Below are positions 49,603 through 58,666 of a stretch of DNA of 64,000 nt, piece after piece; the first letter of the stretch is position 1, and every line of letters starts with the position of its first letter. Location of the stretch: NCBI GenBank assembly GCA_965217585.1, contig OZ244561.1, positions 7,168,001-7,232,000 on the forward strand, written 5' to 3'. The position numbers and the translations under genes are program-made. The stretch is from Candidatus Latescibacterota bacterium. GTDB lineage: Bacteria; Latescibacterota; UBA2968; UBA8231. A model generated the notes under the pieces. It was not told the origin of the DNA, searched no databases, and saw nothing but the letters and a program-made list of their open reading frames with translations.

Positions 49603-51550
49603 GCGGCTCCCCACGTCCAGCACCATCCCCCTATCAGCCCGCTCTTGGCGCACCGTTCTCACGGGTTTGCTCCTCGTAGGGGCGATCAGCGTGCTAAGCC
49701 CTTGGGGGATCCTCATAGTCAAGGGATCGCAGATCACCAGCAATGCCATCCCCGTAATCGCCGTCCTCTTCCTCTTTCTGCTGACAGCCGCGGCCCTGCC
49801 CCTGCTCAAGATGCTGGGCCGCGCGTGGGCCTTTTCCCGCGCCGAGCTCATCGCCGTGTACGCCATGATGCTGGTCGGCGCGGTCGTGGTCACCACCGGC
49901 TTCACCGGCAGCTTCCTATCGGTCATCACCGGGGCCGCGTACTACGCCACGCCGGAGAATGCCTGGCAGGAACTCTTCGTCGAATATATCCACCCTTGGC
50001 TGGCGCCCACTGATACCGAGGCCGTGCGCCTGTTCTACGAAGGGCTGCCCCAAGGCAGCGCCATACCTTGGGCCGCTTGGAGCCGCCCGCTAGTCGCCTG
50101 GACATGCTTTATCTTCGCCTTCTACTGGGTCCTCTTTTGCCTCGGCGTGTTGCTCAGAGGCCAGTGGGTCGCCAACGAGCGCCTCGTCTTCCCCCTCACC
50201 CGCCTGCCCTTAGCCATGCTCGAAGGCGCGGACTCCGCGCCCCTCCTCGGTGGTCTGTTCAAGAACCGCCTGCTGTGGCTGGGCTTTGCCGTGCCGCTCC
50301 TCATCCTCTCGTGGAACTCGCTCAACTACTACCACGACGCCTTCCAGCCCATCGCCCTGACCGGCAACCTGACCCTGCTCCAAGGCAGCGTCGGCCTGCC
50401 TTGGCGGATCAACCTGCCGATCTTGGGCCTAGCTTACCTGATGGCGCTCAGCGTTTCCTTCAGTATCTGGTTTTTCTTTTTGTTCTACACCCTAGAGAGA
50501 GTCGTCTTCGCCCGCATCGGCCTCGTAATCGGCGGGGGCGATATCTGGACCTCGGGCGGCGGCTCGGTCCCCGTTTCCCATCAGCAGGCTGGCGGCCTCT
50601 TGGTACTGGCCCTCTTCGTGCTGTGGACCGCCCGCACTCATCTGCGCCGCCTGTGGAGCCAAGCGTTAAAAGGCGAACCCGCCCCCGGCGAACTCATGGC
50701 CCCGCGCACGGCCTTTGGCGGCCTAGCAGTCGGCGTGGCATTCATGGTGGCTTGGCTGACCCTCACCGGCCTCTCCCTGTACGCGGCCCTGCTGCTGGTG
50801 GCAGGGGCACTCATCGTCTTTATCGGTCTGTCGCGCATCGTCTGCGAGGCCGGGATCCCCGGCTGCCAGACGCCGATGGCCCCGCAGGCGTTCATCACCC
50901 GAGGCATTGGCCCCGAGACCCTCGGCCTGGGCAATATGACCGGCTTGGGCCTGAGCACGGTGTGGATGGGCGAGACCGCGGCCAACATGATGAACGCGGT
51001 CATGCATAGCCTCAAGCTCACCTCCGGCGACTCGCCCGCGCCGCGCTGGCTGCTTGGGGCGCTGTTCGCCGCCATCGCCGTAGGGCTGCTTGGCTCGATC
51101 TGGTTTACCATGACCCTAGCCTATACCTATGGCGGCATCAACCTGCACGGCTGGTACTTTAGCGGCGCGCCGCGCTGGCCCTTTACCTATATGGCCTCGG
51201 TGTACAATGCACCCGAGCCGTCGTTTGCCCCGCGCCTCGCCTTCACCGCCAGTGGGAGCTTTGTCATGGCGGCTCTGCTCTTTTTGCGCCACCGCCTCGC
51301 GTGGTGGCCCCTGCATCCTCTGGGTTTTCCCATCGCCTCCACCTTTACCATCGTTTACTATGGCTGGTTGTCCATCTTTTTGGCTTGGCTCTGCAAGGCG
51401 ACCATCCTGCGCTACGGCGGAGTGCGCGCCTACCGCGCCCTGATGCCGTTCTTTTTGGGGCTGATCCTCGGCGAATTCACCACGGCCTGCCTGTGGCTCT
51501 TCATCGACGGGGCGTACGGCGTCGAGGGCAACATGATCTTCAATTTCTGA
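49601..51550 (+). CDS. DUF6785/DUF6784-like membrane protein, paralog 2 (start uncertain, possibly 5' truncated)
   Basis: QWVANERLVFPL and WWPLHPLG; no ATG or RBS after the cfa stop. Confidence 0.7.
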   Translation, partial: RRLPTSSTIPLSARSWRTVLTGLLLVGAISVLSPWGILIVKGSQITSNAIPVIAVLFLFLLTAAALPLLKMLGRAWAFSRAELIAVYAMMLVGAVVVTTGFTGSFLSVITGAAYYATPENAWQELFVEYIHPWLAPTDTEAVRLFYEGLPQGSAIPWAAWSRPLVAWTCFIFAFYWVLFCLGVLLRGQWVANERLVFPLTRLPLAMLEGADSAPLLGGLFKNRLLWLGFAVPLLILSWNSLNYYHDAFQPIALTGNLTLLQGSVGLPWRINLPILGLAYLMALSVSFSIWFFFLFYTLERVVFARIGLVIGGGDIWTSGGGSVPVSHQQAGGLLVLALFVLWTARTHLRRLWSQALKGEPAPGELMAPRTAFGGLAVGVAFMVAWLTLTGLSLYAALLLVAGALIVFIGLSRIVCEAGIPGCQTPMAPQAFITRGIGPETLGLGNMTGLGLSTVWMGETAANMMNAVMHSLKLTSGDSPAPRWLLGALFAAIAVGLLGSIWFTMTLAYTYGGINLHGWYFSGAPRWPFTYMASVYNAPEPSFAPRLAFTASGSFVMAALLFLRHRLAWWPLHPLGFPIASTFTIVYYGWLSIFLAWLCKATILRYGGVRAYRALMPFFLGLILGEFTTACLWLFIDGAYGVEGNMIFNF

Positions 51551-51706
51551 AGTCTCCTTTTCCCGCCGTAATATACGTGTAATTTGACTCAGCGGACGAA
51601 ATGCCGGACACTTGGCACAGCTTTAAGAAAAGGAGCAAACGGCCATGACCCCCCGCGAACAGATCATGCGCTACGGTTGCTGCGCGTTAGACGACCTCCC
51701 GACCCC

Positions 51707-53176
51707 ATGTTGCGCTGGCTACTGCTCCTAGCCTTGTGGGCCAGCCCGGGGTGGACGCAGGTGGATGTGCGGCTGTCCAAAATCGACGAGGGCGTCGCTT
51801 GGGTCAGCTCCTATTGGGGGTACAACGCGCCCAAACTAATCTTCGACGGCACGGCCTATTACACGCTGGGGCTGTGGGGGCCCGAGCAGGCCACGGCGCA
51901 GGGAGCGATCTACAAGCTGGAAAACGGCCACTGGCGGCGCGGTTATACGTGGGACGGCCTCAACTACCAGCCGGGCCTGTTGCTCCTCGACGGCCAGCAG
52001 CGTCTAATCCTTATCTACCCCACCATCAACGGTCCGCCCGTCGTGCTGCGAGCGACCGAGCCGGGACAGATCGACCGCTTTGAGCCGTTGCCCGTGCCAT
52101 CGTCCATCGGCAAGGCTGGGTACATGGGGGCCGGGATCCACGGGGAGCAGCTCGTCATTGCCTATATCGGCGACCCTGCCACCTATACCTTCCAGCTAGC
52201 CGTGCTCGACTTGGACGCTCAGACTTGGACCGGCCCCTTTGTCTTGGCCCCGGCCCAGCGGCAAGATGAACCCTTTACCACTTGGCTATACCCCATCGTC
52301 CAGCCCGACGCGACCGGGGTTCATCTGCTCGTGAGCAACCAGCCCGATCCAACGGCCCGCTACGACCGCATCCTCTACATGCACCTGCCCTACGCGCCAA
52401 CCGAGCCGCCCCAACCCGAAGTACTCGCGCAAGGTGAGATGGCCTTTGGCGAGGCCATGCTGCGGACGCCCGACGGCCACATCTACGTCACCGGACAGTA
52501 CCAGCCCGACGAGGAGGCGACCAACCAGCTCTACATCTTCCGGCGCGATCCGCAGACGCAAGCCTGGAGCGGCCAAGCCCTCAGCCCCTCGCAAGTCGCG
52601 GCCGTATTCCACGCGCCCGACGAGCCAGCGCGCTTGTGGATCCCCAGCACCTATGGCGCAGAACTGCGGCTCTATACCTCGGAGGACGCCGGGGCGAGCT
52701 GGAGCGTAGAGCCCCTGCCAAGCTTGGAGGAACACGGGCTGGTCTCCACCTTTTTCATGCACGGCATCTCCGCGGCCAGCGGCAGCCTCGTGCCACCGGT
52801 CCCCACCGTGGTATTCAGCGCGGGCGGCCATCCCAACTACCAGTTGTGGTTCGCCCAATTCGCAACGAGTGCACGCGCCACGGCCATCGAGGCTGAGGAC
52901 GCGGCGGCCAGCCGTGGAACAGCCCTCGTCGCCAACGCGCCCAACCCCTTCAACGGCCACACCACCATCCGCTTTGCGCTGGACGTGCCCGGGCCGGTCG
53001 AGTTGGCCGTGTACAACCTCAAGGGGCAGCGGGTAGCGATTTTGGCGCAAGGCGTGCGGTCCGCTGGTTGGCACACCGTCTCTTGGAACGGCAGCGGCTT
53101 GGCCACCGGAGTGTACCTATGCCGCTTGCAAACGGCCAACGCGACCCTGACGCGCAAATTGGTCCTGATTCGCTAA
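51707..53176 (+). CDS. Secreted hypothetical protein with FlgD/T9SS-A-like CTD
   Basis: [12 protein letters not shown] signal, SEDAGASW Asp-box, PNPFNGHT...GVYLCRL. Confidence 0.75.
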   Translation: MLRWLLLLALWASPGWTQVDVRLSKIDEGVAWVSSYWGYNAPKLIFDGTAYYTLGLWGPEQATAQGAIYKLENGHWRRGYTWDGLNYQPGLLLLDGQQRLILIYPTINGPPVVLRATEPGQIDRFEPLPVPSSIGKAGYMGAGIHGEQLVIAYIGDPATYTFQLAVLDLDAQTWTGPFVLAPAQRQDEPFTTWLYPIVQPDATGVHLLVSNQPDPTARYDRILYMHLPYAPTEPPQPEVLAQGEMAFGEAMLRTPDGHIYVTGQYQPDEEATNQLYIFRRDPQTQAWSGQALSPSQVAAVFHAPDEPARLWIPSTYGAELRLYTSEDAGASWSVEPLPSLEEHGLVSTFFMHGISAASGSLVPPVPTVVFSAGGHPNYQLWFAQFATSARATAIEAEDAAASRGTALVANAPNPFNGHTTIRFALDVPGPVELAVYNLKGQRVAILAQGVRSAGWHTVSWNGSGLATGVYLCRLQTANATLTRKLVLIR

Positions 53177-53196
53177 CCCATCCAAAAGGAAACACC

Positions 53197-53511
53197 ATGA
53201 TCCGCAAAGCCTTTGTCATGCAGGTTAATCCCGACCAACACGCCGAATACGAAAAGCGCCACAACCCCATCTGGCCCGAGCTGGAACAGACCCTCGTGGA
53301 ACACGGCGTCCACAACTACTCCATCTTCCTCGACGCAGACACCCACCAGCTTTTTGCCTACGTGGAGCTCGAAGACGAGGAGCGCTGGAATCGCATCGCC
53401 GAGACGCCGGACTGCCGCCGGTGGTGGACCTACATGAAGGACATCATGGCCTCCAACCCGGACGACAGCCCCTGCGCCAAGGACCTGCGCGAGGTATTTC
53501 ACATCGACTGA
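53197..53511 (+). CDS. rhaM: L-rhamnose mutarotase
   Basis: [37 protein letters not shown]. Confidence 0.92.
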   Translation: MIRKAFVMQVNPDQHAEYEKRHNPIWPELEQTLVEHGVHNYSIFLDADTHQLFAYVELEDEERWNRIAETPDCRRWWTYMKDIMASNPDDSPCAKDLREVFHID

Positions 53512-53580
53512 GTTAGCGCAGAGGGCACATCGTCTTTAGCTTCTATACTCTAATTTCGCTGCGAAATTCGACTAAAAACC

Positions 53581-54924
53581 ATGCACATTTTGGTCATAGG
53601 TGCCGGAGCCATCGGCTTCCAGTTGAGCAAGCAACTGAGCCAAGACGGGCACGATATCACCCAGATTGACACCGACCCCAGTCGCGTCAAGCGCGTCAGC
53701 GAACAGCTCGACATCATCGTCGCCGAGGGCAATGGCACTAGTTTGCAGGACTTGCGCGGGATCGGCATCGAGCAGGTGGATCTCGTCGCCGCCATGACCA
53801 CCAACGACGAGGTCAACCTACTCGCCTGTAGAATGGCCAAGAAGCTGGGCGTCGAATCCACCATTGCCCGCATCCGCAATCCCGAATTCACCGCGCCCGA
53901 CTTTATCTTCAGCCCTCAAGAACTCGGCGTCGATCAGTTCATCCACCCCGAGAAGGAAACCGCCGACGCCATCGTCCGCCTCATCCGCCAGTCCAGTGCC
54001 ACCGATCTGGTCGAGTTTGCCGAAGGCAAGCTCGTCTTGCTCGGCATGCGCCTAGATCACCAGTCCTCCCTGCTCCACGCTCCTCTGACCGAATTGGGCC
54101 GGCAGTTTGCCGACATTCCCACGCGCATCGTCGCCATCCAGCGCAAGCAGCAGACCTTGATCCCCCGCGGCACCACCAAGCTGCTGCCAGAGGACCGGAT
54201 TTTCGTCATCAGCGATCCCGACTTCCTTCCCTCCGTGGTCAGCTTAACCGGGCTCGCCGACCACCGCATCGAGGATATCGCGATCCTCGGCGGCGGCCTA
54301 ATCGGCCAGTTCGTCGCCCAAGAGCTTGCCTCACAGATGCGCGTCAGGCTCATCGAAAGCCGCGCTGATCGGTCCCGGCAAATCGCCGACCAACTCGCCA
54401 ACGTGCTGGTCATCCAAGGCGACGGCACGGACTACGATCTGTTGGCCGTCGAAGGGCTCGCCGACATGGACGCCTTTATCGCCGTTACCGGCAACGACGA
54501 GGTCAACATCATCTCGACGCTAGTCGCCAAGCACCTCGAAGTGCCGCGCGCCATCGCCTTGGTCAACAACGTCGATTACATGCCCATCACGCCGGCCATC
54601 GGTCTAGACTCGGTCTTGAGCAAACAGCTCTTAACCGTCAACGCCGTCCAGCGCTACGTGCGGCATCAGCGCATCGCCTCCATTGCCAGCCTACCCGGCC
54701 TCGACGTAGAAGCGGTCGAGTACATCGCCCACGGCGGCAGCAAGATCACCCAAAAACCCCTGATCTCTATCCGCCTGCCCAGGGATTCGATCATCGGAGC
54801 CGTCGTCCACGGCGATAGCGTGATTATCCCTCGCGGAGACACGCACATCCAGTCCGGCGACAAAGCCGTGGTCTTCGCCCGGCACTACGTCCACGAGGAA
54901 GTGAGAAAGATCTTCGGGGGGTGA
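53581..54924 (+). CDS. trkA: Trk potassium uptake NAD-binding subunit
   Basis: Two RCK units with GAGAIG and GGGLIG, DEVNL/DEVNI. Confidence 0.92.
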   Translation: MHILVIGAGAIGFQLSKQLSQDGHDITQIDTDPSRVKRVSEQLDIIVAEGNGTSLQDLRGIGIEQVDLVAAMTTNDEVNLLACRMAKKLGVESTIARIRNPEFTAPDFIFSPQELGVDQFIHPEKETADAIVRLIRQSSATDLVEFAEGKLVLLGMRLDHQSSLLHAPLTELGRQFADIPTRIVAIQRKQQTLIPRGTTKLLPEDRIFVISDPDFLPSVVSLTGLADHRIEDIAILGGGLIGQFVAQELASQMRVRLIESRADRSRQIADQLANVLVIQGDGTDYDLLAVEGLADMDAFIAVTGNDEVNIISTLVAKHLEVPRAIALVNNVDYMPITPAIGLDSVLSKQLLTVNAVQRYVRHQRIASIASLPGLDVEAVEYIAHGGSKITQKPLISIRLPRDSIIGAVVHGDSVIIPRGDTHIQSGDKAVVFARHYVHEEVRKIFGG

Positions 54925-54932
54925 ACTAACGT

Positions 54933-56381
54933 ATGCACCCCGCGGGGACATTTCGGGTGCTGGGCGTCCTGCTGACGCTGTTTAGCGTCACCATGTTAGT
55001 GCCCGCCGGCGTATCCCTCTTCTACCGCGACGGAGCGGCAACCGCCTTTCTGTTGGCCTTTGCCATTACGCTCGGCACCGGGCTGGCGTGCTGGTTGCCC
55101 GTGCGCAGGCAGCGCGCCGAGTTGCGGATCAGGGACGGCTTTTTGGTAACGGTCTTGTTCTGGGCCGTCTTGGGCTTGTACGGCTCCTTCCCGCTGATGT
55201 TGTCCGACCAGCCTAAACTGGGCTTTACCGACGCCGTATTTGAGTCCCTCTCTGGCTTGACCACGACCGGTGCTACCGTCATCCAGGGCCTAGACGACCT
55301 GCCCCGCTCCATCTTGTTATACCGCCAGCAGCTCCAGTGGTTGGGCGGCATGGGCATCATCGTCCTCGCCATTGCCGTGTTGCCCATGCTCGGCATCGGC
55401 GGGATGCAGCTTTTTCGCGCCGAGATCACCGGTCCCATTAAGGATTCAAAACTGACGCCGAGGATCACCCATACCGCCAAGGCCCTTTGGTTTATCTACT
55501 TGAGTTTAACCGTAGCCTGTGCCTTGGCCTATTGGCTGGCCGGCATGGAGCCGTTCGACGCCATCGCCCACAGCTTTTCAACGGTTGCCATCGGCGGTTT
55601 TTCAACCCACGACGCTAGCATCGGCTTTTTTAACAGCCAAGCCATTGAGCTGGTCGCCATCTTTTTTATCGTGCTATCGGGCATAAACTTCACGTTGCAC
55701 TTTTACGCCTTCCGCCAGCGGTCGCTGCATCCGTATCGCACCGACCCCGAATGCCGCACATATCTAGTTATTTTGCTAATCACCATCCTAATCGCCTCGC
55801 TGATACTCTTTACGCACAACGCGTACGGCGCTGGCGAGTCCCTGCGCTACGGCATATTCGCCACCGTGTCCATTGTCACCACCACCGGTTTTAGCATTGC
55901 GGACCATTCGATCTGGCCCAGCGTGCTGCCATTTTTGTTGTTCCTCGGCTCGTTTGTCGGTGGCTGCGCTGGCTCAACGGCGGGGGGCATTAAAACGATG
56001 CGCATGTTGCTCATTCTAAAGCAGGGAAGCCGAGAGATCACGCGCCTGATCCACCCCAACGCCGTCCTCCCTATCAAGGTGGGGCAGCGGTCGGTTCCCG
56101 ATCGGGTCATGGAAGCGGTGTGGGGGTTTTTTTCGGTGTACGTGCTGACGTTCACGATCATGTTCATCGCCGTGCTCGCCACCGACTTGGATCTGACTAC
56201 GTCCTTTTCCGCGGTAGCCGCCTGCATCAACAACTTAGGACCGGGCCTAGGGCAAGTCGTCCACCACTACGGCGACATCAATTCGGTCGCCAAGTGGATT
56301 CTGTGCTTTGCCATGCTGATTGGGCGGCTGGAGGTTTTTACGCTCTTGGTGCTGTTCAGTCCGGCGTTTTGGCGCAAGTGA
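54933..56381 (+). CDS. trkH: Trk potassium uptake membrane subunit
   Basis: FESLSGLTTTGAT, WLGGMG, GGCAGSTAGGIK, GRLE. Confidence 0.95.
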   Translation: MHPAGTFRVLGVLLTLFSVTMLVPAGVSLFYRDGAATAFLLAFAITLGTGLACWLPVRRQRAELRIRDGFLVTVLFWAVLGLYGSFPLMLSDQPKLGFTDAVFESLSGLTTTGATVIQGLDDLPRSILLYRQQLQWLGGMGIIVLAIAVLPMLGIGGMQLFRAEITGPIKDSKLTPRITHTAKALWFIYLSLTVACALAYWLAGMEPFDAIAHSFSTVAIGGFSTHDASIGFFNSQAIELVAIFFIVLSGINFTLHFYAFRQRSLHPYRTDPECRTYLVILLITILIASLILFTHNAYGAGESLRYGIFATVSIVTTTGFSIADHSIWPSVLPFLLFLGSFVGGCAGSTAGGIKTMRMLLILKQGSREITRLIHPNAVLPIKVGQRSVPDRVMEAVWGFFSVYVLTFTIMFIAVLATDLDLTTSFSAVAACINNLGPGLGQVVHHYGDINSVAKWILCFAMLIGRLEVFTLLVLFSPAFWRK

Positions 56382-56928
56382 TATCTGCGGCAATGGCGGC
56401 GAGCGCTTCCCACAAATAGGTCGCCAAGCTGTAATCGACCCACAGGCGGTACGCGCGCTGCCCGTCCTCGCCGCTCGGCAACACCCCACAAGCCGCCCCG
56501 GCCACTTGTGTGTACACCATCCGCCCTGCTGGCTTACGAGCCAGCTCCACCGCGCAAGCCTGCGCCAAAATGCCCTCGGCATCATCTCCTCGCACCACCA
56601 AGGTCACCGACTGCTGCTCCACCCGATAGACCCCGGCCTCCGCAGCTTCCAACGCCGCGTTCAGACGCGCCCACAACTCCTCTGCGGGCCGACACTCCAA
56701 GATCAGTTCGCCCGTGCCCACCCGCGCCAAAACCCCATCCGCTCCCACGGGCCGCGTGTCGTATATCTGCGCTGGCAATGCGAGCGCGTGCTGCGCGGCC
56801 CACCCGACCAAGCGCGGCCCCTTGGCTCCGAGCTTGACCATATCAACCGGATGGTGCAAAGCGGCCTGCACCGGAGCAGGTGCGTCGGCGACGAGATGGG
56901 CGATGGGGCTTTTGCGCGTCGTGGTCAT
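56356..56928 (-). CDS. Sarcosine oxidase gamma / MgdD-like subunit
   Basis: KGP..W, LAQAC.V.L, WVDYSLATYLW pattern; matching alpha/delta/beta genes lie upstream. Confidence 0.6.
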   Translation of the reverse strand: MTTTRKSPIAHLVADAPAPVQAALHHPVDMVKLGAKGPRLVGWAAQHALALPAQIYDTRPVGADGVLARVGTGELILECRPAEELWARLNAALEAAEAGVYRVEQQSVTLVVRGDDAEGILAQACAVELARKPAGRMVYTQVAGAACGVLPSGEDGQRAYRLWVDYSLATYLWEALAAIAADITCAKTPD

Positions 56929-56944
56929 AGAGTTTATCGCGGGG

Positions 56945-57280
56945 TCATTCTCCGTACATCTCCGTGATAAGGCGTCGGAGTTGGGCCGCCGTCTCGGCGG
57001 ACAACCTGTCGATCTGGTCCCTCAGCCGCTGCTTGCTGATCGTGCGGATCTGGTCCACGGCAATTTCAGCTTCCTTGCCCGCACATTGGATATGCAGCCG
57101 ACTCCGCCACTGAGGATGTAACACGGAGGTGAGAGGACAGACGACGACCGTATCGAGAAACTGATTCATCTCATTCTGACTGACCACAACCACCGGACGC
57201 ACCTTGCGGATTTCTCCCCCCACGGTGGGCTTGAGATCGGCAAAGTAGATAGCGTATCGCTGCGGAAAAGCCGCCATCAA
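56945..57280 (-). CDS. mazF: PemK/MazF toxin
   Basis: LKPTVGGEIRKVRPVVVVS, PLTS, DQIRTISKQRL. Confidence 0.92.
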   Translation of the reverse strand: MMAAFPQRYAIYFADLKPTVGGEIRKVRPVVVVSQNEMNQFLDTVVVCPLTSVLHPQWRSRLHIQCAGKEAEIAVDQIRTISKQRLRDQIDRLSAETAAQLRRLITEMYGE

Positions 57281-57519
57281 TCGAGACCATCGGCGACCGT
57301 AGTATCGAGATCGCTCCAGTCTTCGCGGTCAGCCGCCATGGCGCGGTAGGTTTCTTTCCAGGAGAGCTTGTTCTTTTCGTTGCTGTACAGAAAGATTCCT
57401 TCTTCGGTTTCTTCGAGGACGAGGGAGTCTCCCCAGCCGTATTTCTGCAACAGGACCTTGGGAAGACGAATGCCCTTAGAGTTGCCGATGGCGATCAGTT
57501 TGACGTCTCTGGTTGCCAT
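57277..57519 (-). CDS. mazE: AbrB/MazE antitoxin
   Basis: IGNSKGIRLPK; 4-bp overlap with the toxin. Confidence 0.9.
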   Translation of the reverse strand: MATRDVKLIAIGNSKGIRLPKVLLQKYGWGDSLVLEETEEGIFLYSNEKNKLSWKETYRAMAADREDWSDLDTTVADGLD

Positions 57520-57548
57520 TGCTTGGGACTTCTCCTGAAAGAATAATT

Positions 57549-57582
57549 GTAATTATAGTAATTACCTATTGAATTGTGTCAA
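57549..57582 (-). promoter_or_regulatory. mazEF promoter with GTAATTA-N3-TAATTAC operator
   Basis: TTGACA on the minus strand at 57577-57582 with TACTAT/TATAAT overlapping the palindrome. Confidence 0.65.
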
Positions 57583-57629
57583 GACTTGTTTCCTTACCCT
57601 TGATTGAGGAACCCAATTTCAATTCGCAC

Positions 57630-58217
57630 TTACTCTACCAACTGGGCGATATCCTCACCCTCGAACCACTTCATTTCACCATCGCACCCTTTAGCGTGAG
57701 GCAGTCGAAACAAAGCATCAGGTAATACAGCGTTGATATTATAGGGATTTATATAGAGACAGGCGGACGGGTTGTGCCACAGATTCCACAAGTCAATTCT
57801 CTGAAATCTCAAGACAGCACCAACCTGACTATCGCGAGGCCATACGCCCGGCTTACAGTCTCTACCGAATAGCACCTCCATATCATTCTCTCGGCCATTG
57901 TAGAACATGTCGCGGGCGTTCACTGCCACTACAAGCGGCGCATCAAGTTTGCGATACTTGCGAACCTTTTCCTTCAGTGCCTCCTGAATGGGTATCACAG
58001 AGTTTGTCCATTTAGCACGATGATCCCCAAGGATGAGTGGTCGCGTCGAGTCATTCCTTCGTTGCCCAAGAGGAATCGGTCTAAGCCAACCCTTTAAACT
58101 CCAGTCCCCACACTCAATTCTTTGACAAGGAGCCGCGTTGCTCCCCTGTTCATCAATCAGACGCTGAACGTCATCCGGGTTATGAGCGTCAAGTAATTTC
58201 TCGAAAGGACGAACCAC
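57630..58217 (-). pseudogene. Low-GC hypothetical ORF, probably a 5'-truncated remnant
   Basis: In-frame stop just upstream of the GTG, no clear RBS. Confidence 0.45.
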
Positions 58218-58337
58218 CTACTTCCGAATCGAACTTCAAGCCGCATAGAGCCGTGTCCTAGTATCTTCGACTCGTTGCCGGAAGAAGGGATCTTGATGGC
58301 TGAGTCAACGACGAGGTCCACAGGGTATAATCGGACT

Positions 58338-58643
58338 CTACGCCATTATTCGCCGAGGTTTCACGCGCTCGGCGATGCGCTGTCCTACCTCAATCTCGGC
58401 TCGGCACAGTTCGTAGGTCTTCTGCAGATTCAACCAAACCTGTGGCGTCGTCCCGAAATAGCGCGCTAGCCTAAGCGCAATGTCGGCAGTTACGTCCCGC
58501 TGACCGTTGAGAATCGCAGTGATGCAGTCCGGCGACACATCCAGTGCCTTAGCCAACTCGTTAGCCGACAGGCCGAGCGTTTCGAGTTCCTCGCACAATA
58601 TCTCACCCGGATGCACCGGTCTCATACCGTTTTTTACGCTCAT
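58338..58643 (-). CDS. higA: HigA-family antitoxin (orphan)
   Basis: MRPVHPGEIL..LAKALDV..TADIALRLARYFGTTPQVWLNLQ; AAGGA RBS. Confidence 0.9.
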   Translation of the reverse strand: MSVKNGMRPVHPGEILCEELETLGLSANELAKALDVSPDCITAILNGQRDVTADIALRLARYFGTTPQVWLNLQKTYELCRAEIEVGQRIAERVKPRRIMA

Positions 58644-58666
58644 GTCCTTACTCCCGTCAACAAAAA

